Assembly: GCA_035559535.1 (NCBI GenBank)
Contig: DATMBG010000045.1
Location: 1-64,000 of the forward strand
DNA: 64,000 nt
Source: Candidatus Limnocylindrales bacterium
GTDB lineage: Bacteria > Moduliflexota > Moduliflexia > Moduliflexales > JAUQPW01
Reading direction: 5' to 3'
Shown: positions 48,673-59,208 of the stretch, piece by piece
Layout of the letters: each line of letters opens with the position of its first letter
Position numbering within the stretch: position 1 is the stretch's first letter
Notes under the pieces: generated by a model
The model's input: only the letters and a program-made list of their open reading frames with translations
What the model was told of the DNA's origin: nothing
The model's database searches: none
Made by a program: the position numbers and the translations under genes

Positions 48673-50493
48673 ATGATGACTCAAGAGAAGAAATCGGTTC
48701 TATCTACCCCCTCTATAGCGCCCGGCAAACTTTTACTTTTGGCAGCCTGGTTTGCATTGGCTACCGGTTTGGGAGAGATTTCGATCCGGGCGGTTCAGAA
48801 ATTCTTCCTGCACCAGCGTATCTACGTAAGCCCACAGGTCGTCTGGATGGCTCCTCTGGCCGATCTGGTTCTCTTTCTACTTTCGGGATCCATCCTCCTC
48901 CTTGTGGCCCGGTTCTGGCCCAGGGCAACCTCTCCGAAGATTGTTGTTTTTATCTTTGCCCTTCTCGGTTTTTCAGGCCCATTGTTATGGTTCCCGAAAC
49001 TGCATATCCTTGCGGCTCTTCTGCTGGCCATCGGCCTTTCTGTGCAAACGGCTCGTCTCCTTGAAAAACATATCTCGACCTTTTACCTCTTCAGCCGGTA
49101 CACCCTGGGAGGAATGTTGGCTGTCGTAATGGCATTGGCCGTTGGTATCAATGAGTGGCAGGTCTTAATAGAGCGTAATGCCCTGGCAAAACTCCCCCCG
49201 GCTCCTCCAGGTACTCCCAATGTCTTATTGATTGTATTGGACACCGTAAGGGCCTCAAGTCTCAGTCTATATGGTTATAATCGACCTACGACCCCCTCCT
49301 TAGAGAAGTTGGCCAAAACCGGTGTGGTCTTTGAAAAGGCCTTTGCAACTTCATCCTGGACCCTTCCTTCCCATGCCAGCCTGTTCACGGCCCGTTATCC
49401 CCATGAGGTTTCGGCAGACTGGCTGAAACCCCTGGATGCGACTTACCCTGTATTGGCTGAAGTTTTCCAGACTTATGGATATGTTACCGCCGGGTTTGTT
49501 GCCAACCTGTTGTATGGAACCTACGAGACGGGCCTTGCCCGCGGCTTTATTCACTACGAAGATTATCCTATATCTCCGGAGATGGTTATTAAGAGTTCGT
49601 GGCTGGCCCGGATCTTTGTAGACAAGCTGAAATTGATCAAAGGAGATACCGATAAACTCGTCTATAAATGGGCCGAAGAAATCAATGAAGATTTTCTGTC
49701 CTGGCTTTCCTGCCATAATTCACGACCCTTTTTCGTCTTTCTCAACTACATGGATGCCCACGCACCCTATCTGCCCCCTAAACCCTTTGATACCCTGTTT
49801 GGACCTAAAAGGCCTCGACCGGATAAATCGGTACGGAGAACCTGGTCTCCTCAGGAGATCCAGGTGGAGAGGGATGCCTATGAGGGTTGTATCGCTTATC
49901 TGGACCATCAACTGGGCTTACTCTTCGACGAATTGCAAAAACGGGGGATACTGGAAAACACTTTAATCGTTATTACCTCCGATCACGGGGAGCAGTTCGG
50001 AGAGCATGGTCTCTTTGATCACGGTAATAGCCTCTACCGGCCGTCGTTACAGGTTCCTCTATTTATTTCCTTCCCGGGACGTGTACCGGCCGGAAGGCGT
50101 GTTCATGAGGCCGTAACCCTGCGGGATATTCCGGCTACTATCCTGGACCTGGTCAAACCGGAAGCCAGCTCTCGCTTTCCCGGACATTCATTGGCTCGAT
50201 ATTGGAAGGGAACCGATAATTCCCACAGTTCCTCTTCTGCTTTACTTTCTGAAATCAGTAAATGCATTAACATGCCCGCATGGCTGCCGGCCTGTAAAGG
50301 AGATATGAAATCACTGGTGACCGATGGTATGCACTATATCAGGAACGGAGATGGTCGTGAAGAACTTTATGATCTTGAAAACGATCCGGCAGAAGAACAA
50401 GATCTTGCTAATTCTGAAGAAGGCCGTCAAAGGCTTGAGGAATTCAGAAGATCCCTTGAAACTATTCTCAGGTCTGACCGATTCCAGAGATAG
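48673..50493 (+). CDS. membrane-bound sulfatase-like hydrolase/transferase
   Basis: N-terminal TMs; PNVLLIVLDTVRA, SWTLPSHASLFT, DAHAPY, TSDHGE, ELYDLENDP. Confidence 0.85.
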   Translation: MMTQEKKSVLSTPSIAPGKLLLLAAWFALATGLGEISIRAVQKFFLHQRIYVSPQVVWMAPLADLVLFLLSGSILLLVARFWPRATSPKIVVFIFALLGFSGPLLWFPKLHILAALLLAIGLSVQTARLLEKHISTFYLFSRYTLGGMLAVVMALAVGINEWQVLIERNALAKLPPAPPGTPNVLLIVLDTVRASSLSLYGYNRPTTPSLEKLAKTGVVFEKAFATSSWTLPSHASLFTARYPHEVSADWLKPLDATYPVLAEVFQTYGYVTAGFVANLLYGTYETGLARGFIHYEDYPISPEMVIKSSWLARIFVDKLKLIKGDTDKLVYKWAEEINEDFLSWLSCHNSRPFFVFLNYMDAHAPYLPPKPFDTLFGPKRPRPDKSVRRTWSPQEIQVERDAYEGCIAYLDHQLGLLFDELQKRGILENTLIVITSDHGEQFGEHGLFDHGNSLYRPSLQVPLFISFPGRVPAGRRVHEAVTLRDIPATILDLVKPEASSRFPGHSLARYWKGTDNSHSSSSALLSEISKCINMPAWLPACKGDMKSLVTDGMHYIRNGDGREELYDLENDPAEEQDLANSEEGRQRLEEFRRSLETILRSDRFQR

Positions 50494-50608
50494 GGAGGCG
50501 GAGATACGGAGAAGTATGGGAGTATGGGAGTATGGGAGTATGGGAGAATTTACACCCACACTTCCACACTCCCATACTTAAGAACACACTCCCATACCCC
50601 CATACTTA
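50491..50608. repeat. inverted array of 8-bp GGGAGTAT tandem repeats
   Basis: (gggagtat)x3-ggg followed by cacactcccatac units. Confidence 0.85.
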
Positions 50609-50617
50609 AATGCCCCC

Positions 50618-52444
50618 GTGTTAGGATTTTCACTATTGATAGCCATCTGGTTTGGGCTCCTTACCGGTCTACTGGAGGTCGTCCTGCGAACGGTTCAAGG
50701 GTTCTATGTAAGTCGGACCCGGGAAGTAAGTCATGATTTTATCTGGATGTGCCCCCTGGCTAACGCTGGGATCCTTTTTCTCCTGGGACTGGTCATTTTT
50801 TTTGTTAGTCGGTTCTGGCCAAAGCTCAATCTCCTACGTCTTACCATTTTTTTATCCGCACTCTGGGGTTTTATGGACCTGATCATTCTCTACCCAAAGA
50901 TTCATCATTACGCAGCCTTATTGCTTGCTGCGGGTCTGGCTACGCAAACTTTACGCCTGATCTCCCCCCATATGCTTTCTTTTCAGAAGTTAGTTCGTCG
51001 GACCCTACCCTGGATGGGATTGCTGGTCGGAATGCTGGCAATAAGTGTCCAGGGAAAACAGATCCTTGCGGAACGGAGGGCTCTTGCCGATCTGACCCCT
51101 GCTCCTCCCTATGCGCCTAATGTGCTATTCATTACCCTGGATACCGTTCGGGCCAGGAATTTGAGCGTTTATGGTTACTCCCGACCCACTACGCCTCAGT
51201 TGGAGCAGTTAGCCAAAATGGGAGTGGTCTTCGAACGGGCCTTATCCACAGCCCCGTGGACCCTCCCCTCCCATGCCAGTATGTTCACCGGGCGCTTTCC
51301 CGGGGAATTATCTGCCGATTGGTTAACGCCGCTGGATTCAACCTATCCTACCCTGGCCGAATTCTTTAGGGCACGGGGGTATTTGACGGCGGGATTTGTA
51401 GGTAATACCGGCTATTGTAGCTATGAACACGGCCTTGATCGTGGTTTTATACACTATGAAGACTACCGAATATCTCTGGGGCAAACTGTCGCCAGCTCCA
51501 TGTTGACACGAACCATTGCAGATAACTTTAGACTCCGTAGAATTCTTCGTAATGATGAACACCTGAATCGCCAACCGGCCGATCAGATAAATGAGAAGGT
51601 GTTACGTTGGTTTTCCCATAAAGAGCAACGACCCTTTTTCGTGTTCATTAATTATTATGATGCCCATGAACCCTATCTCCCCCCTCCACCCTATGATAAG
51701 ATGTTCGGACCGGGACGGAAGTACGGAAAGTTTAGTCCGTTACATCGTCATAATTGGGAACCTGCGGTCATGCATCGGAAATTATCTCCAGAAGAGGTCC
51801 AGGAAGAAATAGATGCCTATGACGGGGCCATCGCTTACATAGATCATCAGCTTGGGCAGCTTCTCAATGAACTCGGGAGAAAAGGACTGTTGGAGAATAC
51901 GTTGATAATTATTACCTCGGATCACGGTGAAGAATTTGGGGAACATGGGATTTTCGACCACGGCAACAGTCTCTATCTCCCGACGGTGCATGTACCTTTA
52001 CTCATCGTCTTTCCATCCAAAGTGCCTGCAGGCAAGCGTATCCATGAACCGGTTTCCCTTCGGGATCTCGCGGCCACCGTCGTGGACCTGACCAGACTCG
52101 GCGGAGACCCTCACTTCCCGGGTAAATCCCTGGCACGATACTGGAATATGCCAGCTCAAGCTCCCGGCTTAGAGGAAACTCCCCTACTCTCTGAGGTATC
52201 TCGGGTGACCGGTCGTCCGACCTGGTTTCCGGTTAGCCGGGGAGATGTGAAAGCCCTGATATTTAATGGAATGCGCTACATTAAGAATGGGGATGGGGTG
52301 GAAGAACTTTACGATTTTGAAAATGATCCCTGGGAACAACGAAACCTGGCCAACCTGGAAGAGAGTTCCCAAATCCTTAACCAGTTTAGAGCCCTTCTGG
52401 AGAAGATTCTTAAATCCGAAGCCCGAAGTCAGAATTCCGGATGA
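50618..52444 (+). CDS. membrane-bound sulfatase-like hydrolase/transferase (tandem paralog)
   Basis: PNVLFITLDTVRA, PWTLPSHASMFTG, DAHEPY, TSDHGE; GTG start uncertain. Confidence 0.85.
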   Translation: MLGFSLLIAIWFGLLTGLLEVVLRTVQGFYVSRTREVSHDFIWMCPLANAGILFLLGLVIFFVSRFWPKLNLLRLTIFLSALWGFMDLIILYPKIHHYAALLLAAGLATQTLRLISPHMLSFQKLVRRTLPWMGLLVGMLAISVQGKQILAERRALADLTPAPPYAPNVLFITLDTVRARNLSVYGYSRPTTPQLEQLAKMGVVFERALSTAPWTLPSHASMFTGRFPGELSADWLTPLDSTYPTLAEFFRARGYLTAGFVGNTGYCSYEHGLDRGFIHYEDYRISLGQTVASSMLTRTIADNFRLRRILRNDEHLNRQPADQINEKVLRWFSHKEQRPFFVFINYYDAHEPYLPPPPYDKMFGPGRKYGKFSPLHRHNWEPAVMHRKLSPEEVQEEIDAYDGAIAYIDHQLGQLLNELGRKGLLENTLIIITSDHGEEFGEHGIFDHGNSLYLPTVHVPLLIVFPSKVPAGKRIHEPVSLRDLAATVVDLTRLGGDPHFPGKSLARYWNMPAQAPGLEETPLLSEVSRVTGRPTWFPVSRGDVKALIFNGMRYIKNGDGVEELYDFENDPWEQRNLANLEESSQILNQFRALLEKILKSEARSQNSG

Positions 52445-52597
52445 TATGGGATTCTCAAGAAACTTATCCTTTTGGGTTTTTTCATACATCAACCCATTAA
52501 ACTGAACCCTGAGACCCCGAGAAGCTATAAAGTTTGCAGGCTTTGACGAGGCTTTAAGAACGGTAAAAGTAAGGGTTTGAAAGGCTCCCGAGTGCCT

Positions 52598-53947
52598 ATG
52601 AAAGATTCCCCTAGAACATATCAACGACTGACTCTAGTAATCCTTTTGCTTACTCTGGCAGGATCTGGGGTAGGGATAGCGGTACCCGCCGGTTCCGGTT
52701 GGGATTTCGGTAATTTCTATGATACGGGTAGGCGGGTTGTTGCCGGACAGATCCAGGATATATACCATGCAGAACGCCTTATCGGCGGAGAACCTCCCCA
52801 CGGGAAGATGCGTTTTTGGGGAACTCCAATATCTGCCTGGCTTTATGCCCCGCTGGGTTATCTTTCTCCCACCTGGGCTTTGATCGCTTTTAAAATTCAG
52901 AATACCCTTGCCTATTTTATTGCCTTAGGGTTGTTGTATTTTCATAATCGGAGGTTCGTGGGAAATCCTTATTCTTCCACTTTTGATAAAATTCAGTATG
53001 AGCTGGTACAGGCCAGGTTTGTGGCTGTATTTGCTTTCCTGAGTTTGATTTATCAACCCTTCTGGACGGTCTATCGGGTGGGTGGACAGACCACCCCAAC
53101 CCTGTTTTTATTGTTCACTCTGGCCCTCCTGAGTCATACCCAGCTACACCTTTTTTTATCTGCTTTATTTTTAATTCTCGCCTGTCTGATTAAACCCAGT
53201 TTTATTACCGCCCTGATCTTTCTGACCTGTATATCCGGACTTCGATTCTTTGGCTATGTGGTTGCTATATTCTCCCTGATCGGTCTTACTTCTCTCTCCA
53301 CAATGGGATGGAACCTTCACAAAGAATTTCTGATCCTTATGGGCGAAGGGACCCGGAAACTTTCTTCCTGGTTCTATAACAGTTCTTTGTATGTAACCCT
53401 CGACAATTTCAAGATATTCTTACCACCGCAACCCGATTCTTCGTTTCGTTCCATTATTTTCACCCTCTGTTTATTTGGGCTAAAAGCCATCGTCGTCGGC
53501 ACGTTTATTTATCTAATTATTCAAAGCCGTTCTCAAAAATGGTTTCCCACCGCAAGAAGGCACTTCGATTTCCTTATGGCGGTTTCTTTCAGTCTTCTGA
53601 TCTCTCAAGTTGTCTTTGAGCATTACCTGGCACCCCTTTTTCTGTTGCTTATCTATGTGGTGGCTTCCCATCGGTCTTTCAGTCCCGGAGCTATGACTTT
53701 AATCGGCCTTATCTTCCTGTTAGCTGTTGGACAAAACTTGATTTTGATTGATTTTCTTCGTACCCACTTTAAGTGGGACTCTCCTGTAGAACTTCTGCTC
53801 ACAGGTCTCTTTAAGAGTGGGCCTCTTCTTTTAACCCTGATCTTTCTGTGGAAATACTCCAGGGAGTTATTTCAAAGTTATGCTACACAGGCGTGGGCGA
53901 ATTATACCAGATCCGGTAGACGGATCTTTTTGAGCCTGATCCCTTAA
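52598..53947 (+). CDS. GT87-like (DUF2029) GT-C glycosyltransferase
   Basis: WDFGNFY..G, FWGTP..LYAPLG, GQTT, IKP, FEHY; many TMs. Confidence 0.75.
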   Translation: MKDSPRTYQRLTLVILLLTLAGSGVGIAVPAGSGWDFGNFYDTGRRVVAGQIQDIYHAERLIGGEPPHGKMRFWGTPISAWLYAPLGYLSPTWALIAFKIQNTLAYFIALGLLYFHNRRFVGNPYSSTFDKIQYELVQARFVAVFAFLSLIYQPFWTVYRVGGQTTPTLFLLFTLALLSHTQLHLFLSALFLILACLIKPSFITALIFLTCISGLRFFGYVVAIFSLIGLTSLSTMGWNLHKEFLILMGEGTRKLSSWFYNSSLYVTLDNFKIFLPPQPDSSFRSIIFTLCLFGLKAIVVGTFIYLIIQSRSQKWFPTARRHFDFLMAVSFSLLISQVVFEHYLAPLFLLLIYVVASHRSFSPGAMTLIGLIFLLAVGQNLILIDFLRTHFKWDSPVELLLTGLFKSGPLLLTLIFLWKYSRELFQSYATQAWANYTRSGRRIFLSLIP

Positions 53948-53973
53948 CTCCGTTCCTGTAAGAAGGAAGACAG

Positions 53974-54001
53974 GTAGGAGCGAAGGGCCCTTCGCCCCTG
54001 C
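53974..54001. repeat. GTAG-type REP-like palindrome
   Basis: gtaggagcgaagggcccttcgcccctgc. Confidence 0.6.
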
Positions 54002-54082
54002 TCCTCAAGGGTGTAAGCGTTTCATCTACATGGGGAAGGGAGTTAAGGGGAGGAGTTGCCCGAAGGGAAACGGTGACAAGTT

Positions 54083-56137
54083 ATGAAAACGCTGGGTTCC
54101 GAAAACCTATCCGGTCAGACTAAAGTAAAAGTGGTTCTCTTCTCAGGGGGTAGAGGATCGAGGGTTCTTTCAAAGCAACTCATTAACAATCCCCAAGTCA
54201 GGTTGACCCTTGCCATCAATGGTTATGATGACGGGGCCTCGACCGGTGAAGTCAGAAGATTTCTGGGTGATAGTCTTGGCCCTTCGGATTTTAGAAAGAA
54301 TGCTTCCCGAATGGCCGGCGAGCTCCAGTCTTGTAGTCGTGGACTTATTGAAATCCTCGATCTCCGATTCCCGGTGGGTTATTCGATGAATGAGGCCCTT
54401 AACTCATTTCGGATCCTCGGCGGTCAATCGATTTCCGGCGGAGATTTGGGTTCTATACGCTCTGAGTTCCAGGCTAAATTGGTAGCCCTACTCGCAGATA
54501 TAGATGAAATCTCCAGGAAAGCACTCGTTAGAAAACTTTCTTACTTCGAGGAAGAACTCCTGAGAACCCAACATCCTTTTTCTTTTTCCGATTGTAGTAT
54601 CGGAAATCTGGTCTTTGCAGGATGTTTTTTAGAAATGGGACGAAACTTTAATGCAGCCATAGAGGATTACTGTAATCTTTTAAATCTTCCTCCTGGTTTA
54701 ATCGAAAATGTAACCGATGGGGCCAATGCTTATCTTGTGGCTTTGGATGATCACCATCGGGTTCTGGCAAGTGAAGCGGATATTGTCAACGCGAACCGAC
54801 GCAACCACATCAAAGATATCTATCTGCTCCATCGCCCCCTTACTGAGGTAGAGCAGAACTGGTTAAAGTCGGCTTCAGCCGATGAGATTAAGCGTTTCCT
54901 TGAAAAACAATCTAAGACCCTGACACCTAATCCTCGTTTACTCAAGCGGATCGCAGAAGCCGATCTGATTATTTACTCGCCTGGAACCCAACATTCAAGC
55001 CTCTTTCCTTCCTATATGACACCCGGACTTGGCACCGCGATTGCAAAAAATCTTAAAGCGATCAAGCTGCTGATTACAAACCTCCAGGAAGATGCCGAGA
55101 TCCCGGACAGCAGTGCCGTGGATATTATTAATAAAGCCGTTTATTATCTGAAGGAGAAGAATCTATTGCCAATTCCGACCCCTTGTTTGATTACCCACTA
55201 TGTAATCAACGATCCAAATCACCAGGATCAAGAGACTCCCTATATCCCATTGGGTCGGCTTGAAACTTTGGAAGATCCACGTCTGGTTCGAATTGGAAAC
55301 TACGAAGAAGGAGTTACCGGGCGACACAATGCAGCCAAAATACTTACACCTTTTATTGAGTCGTTTCTCCAAAAAAGAGGACCCTGGAAGATGGCCGTTC
55401 TGTTTCTGGATACTTACTCTCTCAATAAAATCACCCAAACTTTACTGGAAATGCTGAGGGGAGGTATTCAGGACCTGCCTGCCGAAATCATGGTATTCTA
55501 TCAGAGTCAGGAGTTCTTAAGTCCTGATTTTGTCTCTTCACTCCCCTTCGGGGTCTATAACCTTTCTTCCGAATCCCCGGAAGCACCCTTCTCAAAGGTT
55601 CTTAAAGATCCGCGATTTGATTATATCGTCTTGTTTGAATCTTCCGGGATGTACAAAGGCGAGGATATTGTAAACCTCGTTTCGCTCTTGACCCACGGTC
55701 GATTAGATGCCGTATGGGGAAGTCGACGACTTTCCGTTAGTGATATCCATCAATCCTACAAACTCCGTTATCGTCATAACTTAGTTCTGGGTGCTCTAAG
55801 TTATATAGGGAGCCATATTTTAAGTCTTGCCTATCTATTACTTTATGGACGTTATATTTCGGACACCCTTTCAGGTGTCAGAGCCATCAAAGCTTCTTAT
55901 TTACGTACCGATGGGATCGATTTAAAACACAAATATGTCAATCAACACATCCTTTCCATGCTCTTACGCGACCGGGCTGCAATCTTTGAAACTCCGATTC
56001 AATTTTTTCCTATCTCTCCCGAGAAGGTCCGGCGTACCACGGTACTGGATGGGATTCAGTCTCTCCTCACCATTTTGAAATGGAGGTTTAAGTCGTTAAA
56101 ACGTCCTCAGGAGCCGGGAGAAACAAAAGATATATAA
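54083..56137 (+). CDS. CofD/YvcK(GlmR)-family domain fused to a degenerate GT2-like domain
   Basis: VLFSGGRG, YDDGASTG, PSDFR, SIGN, ADLIIYSPG; C-terminal DAVWGSR..SDTLSG..ETPI similar to the 57621 protein. Confidence 0.8.
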   Translation: MKTLGSENLSGQTKVKVVLFSGGRGSRVLSKQLINNPQVRLTLAINGYDDGASTGEVRRFLGDSLGPSDFRKNASRMAGELQSCSRGLIEILDLRFPVGYSMNEALNSFRILGGQSISGGDLGSIRSEFQAKLVALLADIDEISRKALVRKLSYFEEELLRTQHPFSFSDCSIGNLVFAGCFLEMGRNFNAAIEDYCNLLNLPPGLIENVTDGANAYLVALDDHHRVLASEADIVNANRRNHIKDIYLLHRPLTEVEQNWLKSASADEIKRFLEKQSKTLTPNPRLLKRIAEADLIIYSPGTQHSSLFPSYMTPGLGTAIAKNLKAIKLLITNLQEDAEIPDSSAVDIINKAVYYLKEKNLLPIPTPCLITHYVINDPNHQDQETPYIPLGRLETLEDPRLVRIGNYEEGVTGRHNAAKILTPFIESFLQKRGPWKMAVLFLDTYSLNKITQTLLEMLRGGIQDLPAEIMVFYQSQEFLSPDFVSSLPFGVYNLSSESPEAPFSKVLKDPRFDYIVLFESSGMYKGEDIVNLVSLLTHGRLDAVWGSRRLSVSDIHQSYKLRYRHNLVLGALSYIGSHILSLAYLLLYGRYISDTLSGVRAIKASYLRTDGIDLKHKYVNQHILSMLLRDRAAIFETPIQFFPISPEKVRRTTVLDGIQSLLTILKWRFKSLKRPQEPGETKDI

Positions 56138-56237
56138 AGCAAAGAGGTTTCTTTAAATAAACCCGATTTCAGGTTTGAAATTCCCGGCTGAGAAAGGGAG
56201 TTCCGGGTTTATTCAAGGAAACCACCGGAATGATAGA

Positions 56238-56888
56238 ATGAGGTATTGTTTTGATCTGTTCATTTTTGATATGGATGGCGTCCTGGCAGATACTTCCCCT
56301 TGCCACCGTCGAGCTTATGAGGACTTATGGCGCAGGATTGGGATCCGGGGTCCCGAGTATGAAACCATTGCAGGCCGAAAGACCTGCGATGTCATTAAAG
56401 AATTTACTGCGGGGTTAAAACCTTCTCCAGAACAGATCCAGGAATGGATTTTGTTTAAGCAATTACAGGCACGCCGGTATTTCTCTGCGGAGGTCATTAC
56501 CTATCCAGATACCGTTCGGGCTTTAACCACCCTTGCAAAATATAAAGCCCGTCTGGCCCTTGGAACCTCCGCTTCAAGGGATTCGACCCGGATGATCCTG
56601 AACCGGTTAGGGATCAGCGACCTCTTCTCTATCCTGGTTACCGGAGATGATGTAAAACACGGAAAACCATCCCCCGAGATCTACTTAAAAATTATCCAGA
56701 AAGCTGAGATCAGCCCCCACAAAACCCTGATTGTTGAAGATAGCCCCTCTGGACTTGAAGCAGCCATTGCCTCAACAGCTTATGCAGCTTCGGTAAGGAC
56801 CGGAAAAAAGATCGAGCATCCCAAATTTATCGGGAGCTTTTCGGATCTTTGTGAATTACTATCGAAATCAGGAATCGAGGTGCCATGA
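56238..56888 (+). CDS. HAD-superfamily phosphatase/phosphomutase (subfamily IA)
   Basis: FDMDGVL, GTS, GKPSP, VEDSPSG. Confidence 0.9.
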   Translation: MRYCFDLFIFDMDGVLADTSPCHRRAYEDLWRRIGIRGPEYETIAGRKTCDVIKEFTAGLKPSPEQIQEWILFKQLQARRYFSAEVITYPDTVRALTTLAKYKARLALGTSASRDSTRMILNRLGISDLFSILVTGDDVKHGKPSPEIYLKIIQKAEISPHKTLIVEDSPSGLEAAIASTAYAASVRTGKKIEHPKFIGSFSDLCELLSKSGIEVP

Positions 56889-57661
56889 ATCGTTTAATGA
56901 TCATTCCGGCCGCGGGTCTTGGCTCGCGTTTAAAGTCACCTCTGCCCAAAGTCCTTTTCCCGGTCAATGGAAAACCCATGATCGATTACTTGTTCGATCT
57001 ATATGCCTCTGTGATGGAATATTTTATTTTGGTTCTCCACCCTTCCTTTGAGAAGGAGGTACGAAATCACTGTGCTAATTATCCATTTCCCATCGGGTAT
57101 GAGCTTCAAAACTCCCCCACAGGAATGCTCGATGCAATCCTTATCCCAAAGGAACAGGTGCGAAAACTTGAACCGACCCGCATCTGGATTACCTGGTGTG
57201 ATCAGATCGCCGTTCAACCGGAAACGGTCATGAACCTGGTAGAGTTATCACACCAGGATCCTGAAGCAGCTTTAATTTTTCCGACTCTGCTACAAAGGAA
57301 GCCCTACGTCCATTTCGTTCGTAATGATTGGGGTGAAATTATCCAGGTCCTCCATCGCCGTGAAGGGGATGGGCTGCCCGAAGTGGGGGAAAGTGACCTG
57401 GGACTTTTTTGTTTATCCCGTAAAGCTTACCTGGATTTACTGGTCAAGTTCTCCTATGATATAAAAACAGGAGCGGTAACCCAAGAGAGAAATTTCCTGC
57501 CGTTTATCCCCTGGCTGAAGGGTCGGGGCCGAGTCCGAACGTTTTCCGGTTGTAACGAAATCGAATCTGTAGGCATCAATACGCCGGAGGATTTACATCG
57601 GGTAGAAAATTATTTACGCCGTGAAAGAAAAAGTCCTTTCCATTATTATTCCCGCTTATAA
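56885..57661 (+). CDS. sugar-phosphate nucleotidyltransferase (GlmU N-terminal-like)
   Basis: [27 protein letters not shown]. Confidence 0.88.
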   Translation: MNRLMIIPAAGLGSRLKSPLPKVLFPVNGKPMIDYLFDLYASVMEYFILVLHPSFEKEVRNHCANYPFPIGYELQNSPTGMLDAILIPKEQVRKLEPTRIWITWCDQIAVQPETVMNLVELSHQDPEAALIFPTLLQRKPYVHFVRNDWGEIIQVLHRREGDGLPEVGESDLGLFCLSRKAYLDLLVKFSYDIKTGAVTQERNFLPFIPWLKGRGRVRTFSGCNEIESVGINTPEDLHRVENYLRRERKSPFHYYSRL

Positions 57662-58352
57662 CGAAGAACCCTTTATCGGGAAGCTATTAGAAAAGGTGAT
57701 GGCTGTGGATCTTTCCCGGCTTGGAATTACTAAAGAGATTATAGTGATCAACGACCATTCAACAGATCGTACCGCCGAAATTGTGAGCGGATTTAAAGAA
57801 GTCATTTTAAAGACCCTGCCGGAAAACAGTGGAAAGGGAGCGGCTGTCAGAACCGGAATAGCCCTGGCAACAGGGGATTATATCATTATACAGGATGCCG
57901 ATCTCGAATACGATCCCAACGACTACCTTCCCATGCTTAAGGTTCTCTTAGAGGATAAAGGGGATGTCGTATACGGCAGTCGCTATCTGAAATATCCTGA
58001 CCGTAGTAAGCTGATAAACCTGCTTACCGGTAAGCATCCTGGACAGTCCTGGGCCGCATATCTGGGGGGCCAGAGTCTGAGTTTTATAGCACTTTTCTAT
58101 ACCGGACACTATCTTACCGATACTGTAACCGCTCTGAAATTGTTTAAACGGGATATCATTAAATCTCTAGAGCTTGAGACCTCAGGGTTCGAACTGGACC
58201 ATGAAATTTCTTCAAAAATCCTGGCCCGAGGTTATATTATTAAAGAAGTTCCCATTAGCTACTTTCCACGAAGTAAAAAAGAGGGTAAAAAGATCGGCCT
58301 CAGGGACTGGTTTATCGCCTGGAAAACATTTGCCAGGTATCGAAAAGGGTAA
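57621..58352 (+). CDS. GT2, DPM1-like polyprenol-phosphate glycosyltransferase
   Basis: [41 protein letters not shown]. Confidence 0.92.
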   Translation: MKEKVLSIIIPAYNEEPFIGKLLEKVMAVDLSRLGITKEIIVINDHSTDRTAEIVSGFKEVILKTLPENSGKGAAVRTGIALATGDYIIIQDADLEYDPNDYLPMLKVLLEDKGDVVYGSRYLKYPDRSKLINLLTGKHPGQSWAAYLGGQSLSFIALFYTGHYLTDTVTALKLFKRDIIKSLELETSGFELDHEISSKILARGYIIKEVPISYFPRSKKEGKKIGLRDWFIAWKTFARYRKG

Positions 58353-58389
58353 ATAATCCTTTAGAAAGGTATCCATTCAGTTAAATTTT

Positions 58390-59103
58390 ATGTTATCCAT
58401 CGTTCTTCCCGCATATAATGAAGAGAAGCGAATTCCAGGCTCTCTTCAGAAAATGATCCAGTATTTAAATAATTCAGATTATCTTTACGAGATTATCGTT
58501 GTAGATGATGGGAGTACAGACCATACGTTGGAGGTAGCTACCGCCGCAGCTACAGCCTGTAAGAATTTCAAGATTATCCAAAATAAAACCAATCGAGGAA
58601 AAGGCTACGCGGTGAAAACAGGCGTTCTCCAATCTAAGGGAGAGATTATTTTATTTTCCGATACCGATCTTTCCACACCCATAGAGGAATTACCCAAGTT
58701 GCTCAAATACCTCCAGGAAGGGTATGACATAGCCATTGGTTCAAGGGCACTTCCAGAATCTGAAGTTCGACTGCATCAAGCCAGGGGAAGAGAAGGGATG
58801 GGAAGGATCTTTAATTTTTTGGTCCAGGCTCTGGTTATAGAAGGGATCCGGGATACCCAGTGCGGATTTAAATGTTTTAAACGCCAGGCCGCGGAAGCTA
58901 TCTTTCAAAAGCAACGTCTTAACGGGTTTAGCTTCGATGTAGAAATTCTTTATCTGGCCAGAAAATTGGGCTATCGGATCGCAGAGGTACCTGTCGTGTG
59001 GTTGAATTCAAAGGAAACTAAAGTTTCGATTTTGAGGGATCCTCTCTATATGCTCATGGATTTACTGAAGATCCGATACTTTGACTTTATGGGGCTATAC
59101 TGA
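58390..59103 (+). CDS. GT2, ALG5-like polyprenyl-phosphate beta-glucosyltransferase
   Basis: PAYNEEKR, NRGKGYAV, SDTDLSTP, IGSR, DTQCGFK, FSFDVE. Confidence 0.92.
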   Translation: MLSIVLPAYNEEKRIPGSLQKMIQYLNNSDYLYEIIVVDDGSTDHTLEVATAAATACKNFKIIQNKTNRGKGYAVKTGVLQSKGEIILFSDTDLSTPIEELPKLLKYLQEGYDIAIGSRALPESEVRLHQARGREGMGRIFNFLVQALVIEGIRDTQCGFKCFKRQAAEAIFQKQRLNGFSFDVEILYLARKLGYRIAEVPVVWLNSKETKVSILRDPLYMLMDLLKIRYFDFMGLY

Positions 59104-59208
59104 TTTCCTATCTGGTCTGACGGGACCCTTCGCCGGATAAGAGGGATCAAGAACCTGAAAGGAATAAAGCCGGATTAATCGGCGAAATTAAATGCTTACA
59201 AAATCTGT

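Noticed and set aside
19907-50608. Repeat arrays as possible CRISPR
   Set aside because: Units are 7-8-bp tandem repeats or dispersed palindromes with no repeat-spacer periodicity, and no cas genes are present
54083-56137. F420 biosynthesis (true cofD)
   Set aside because: No cofC/cofE/cofGH nearby, and the protein is fused to a GT2-like domain in a glycan cassette
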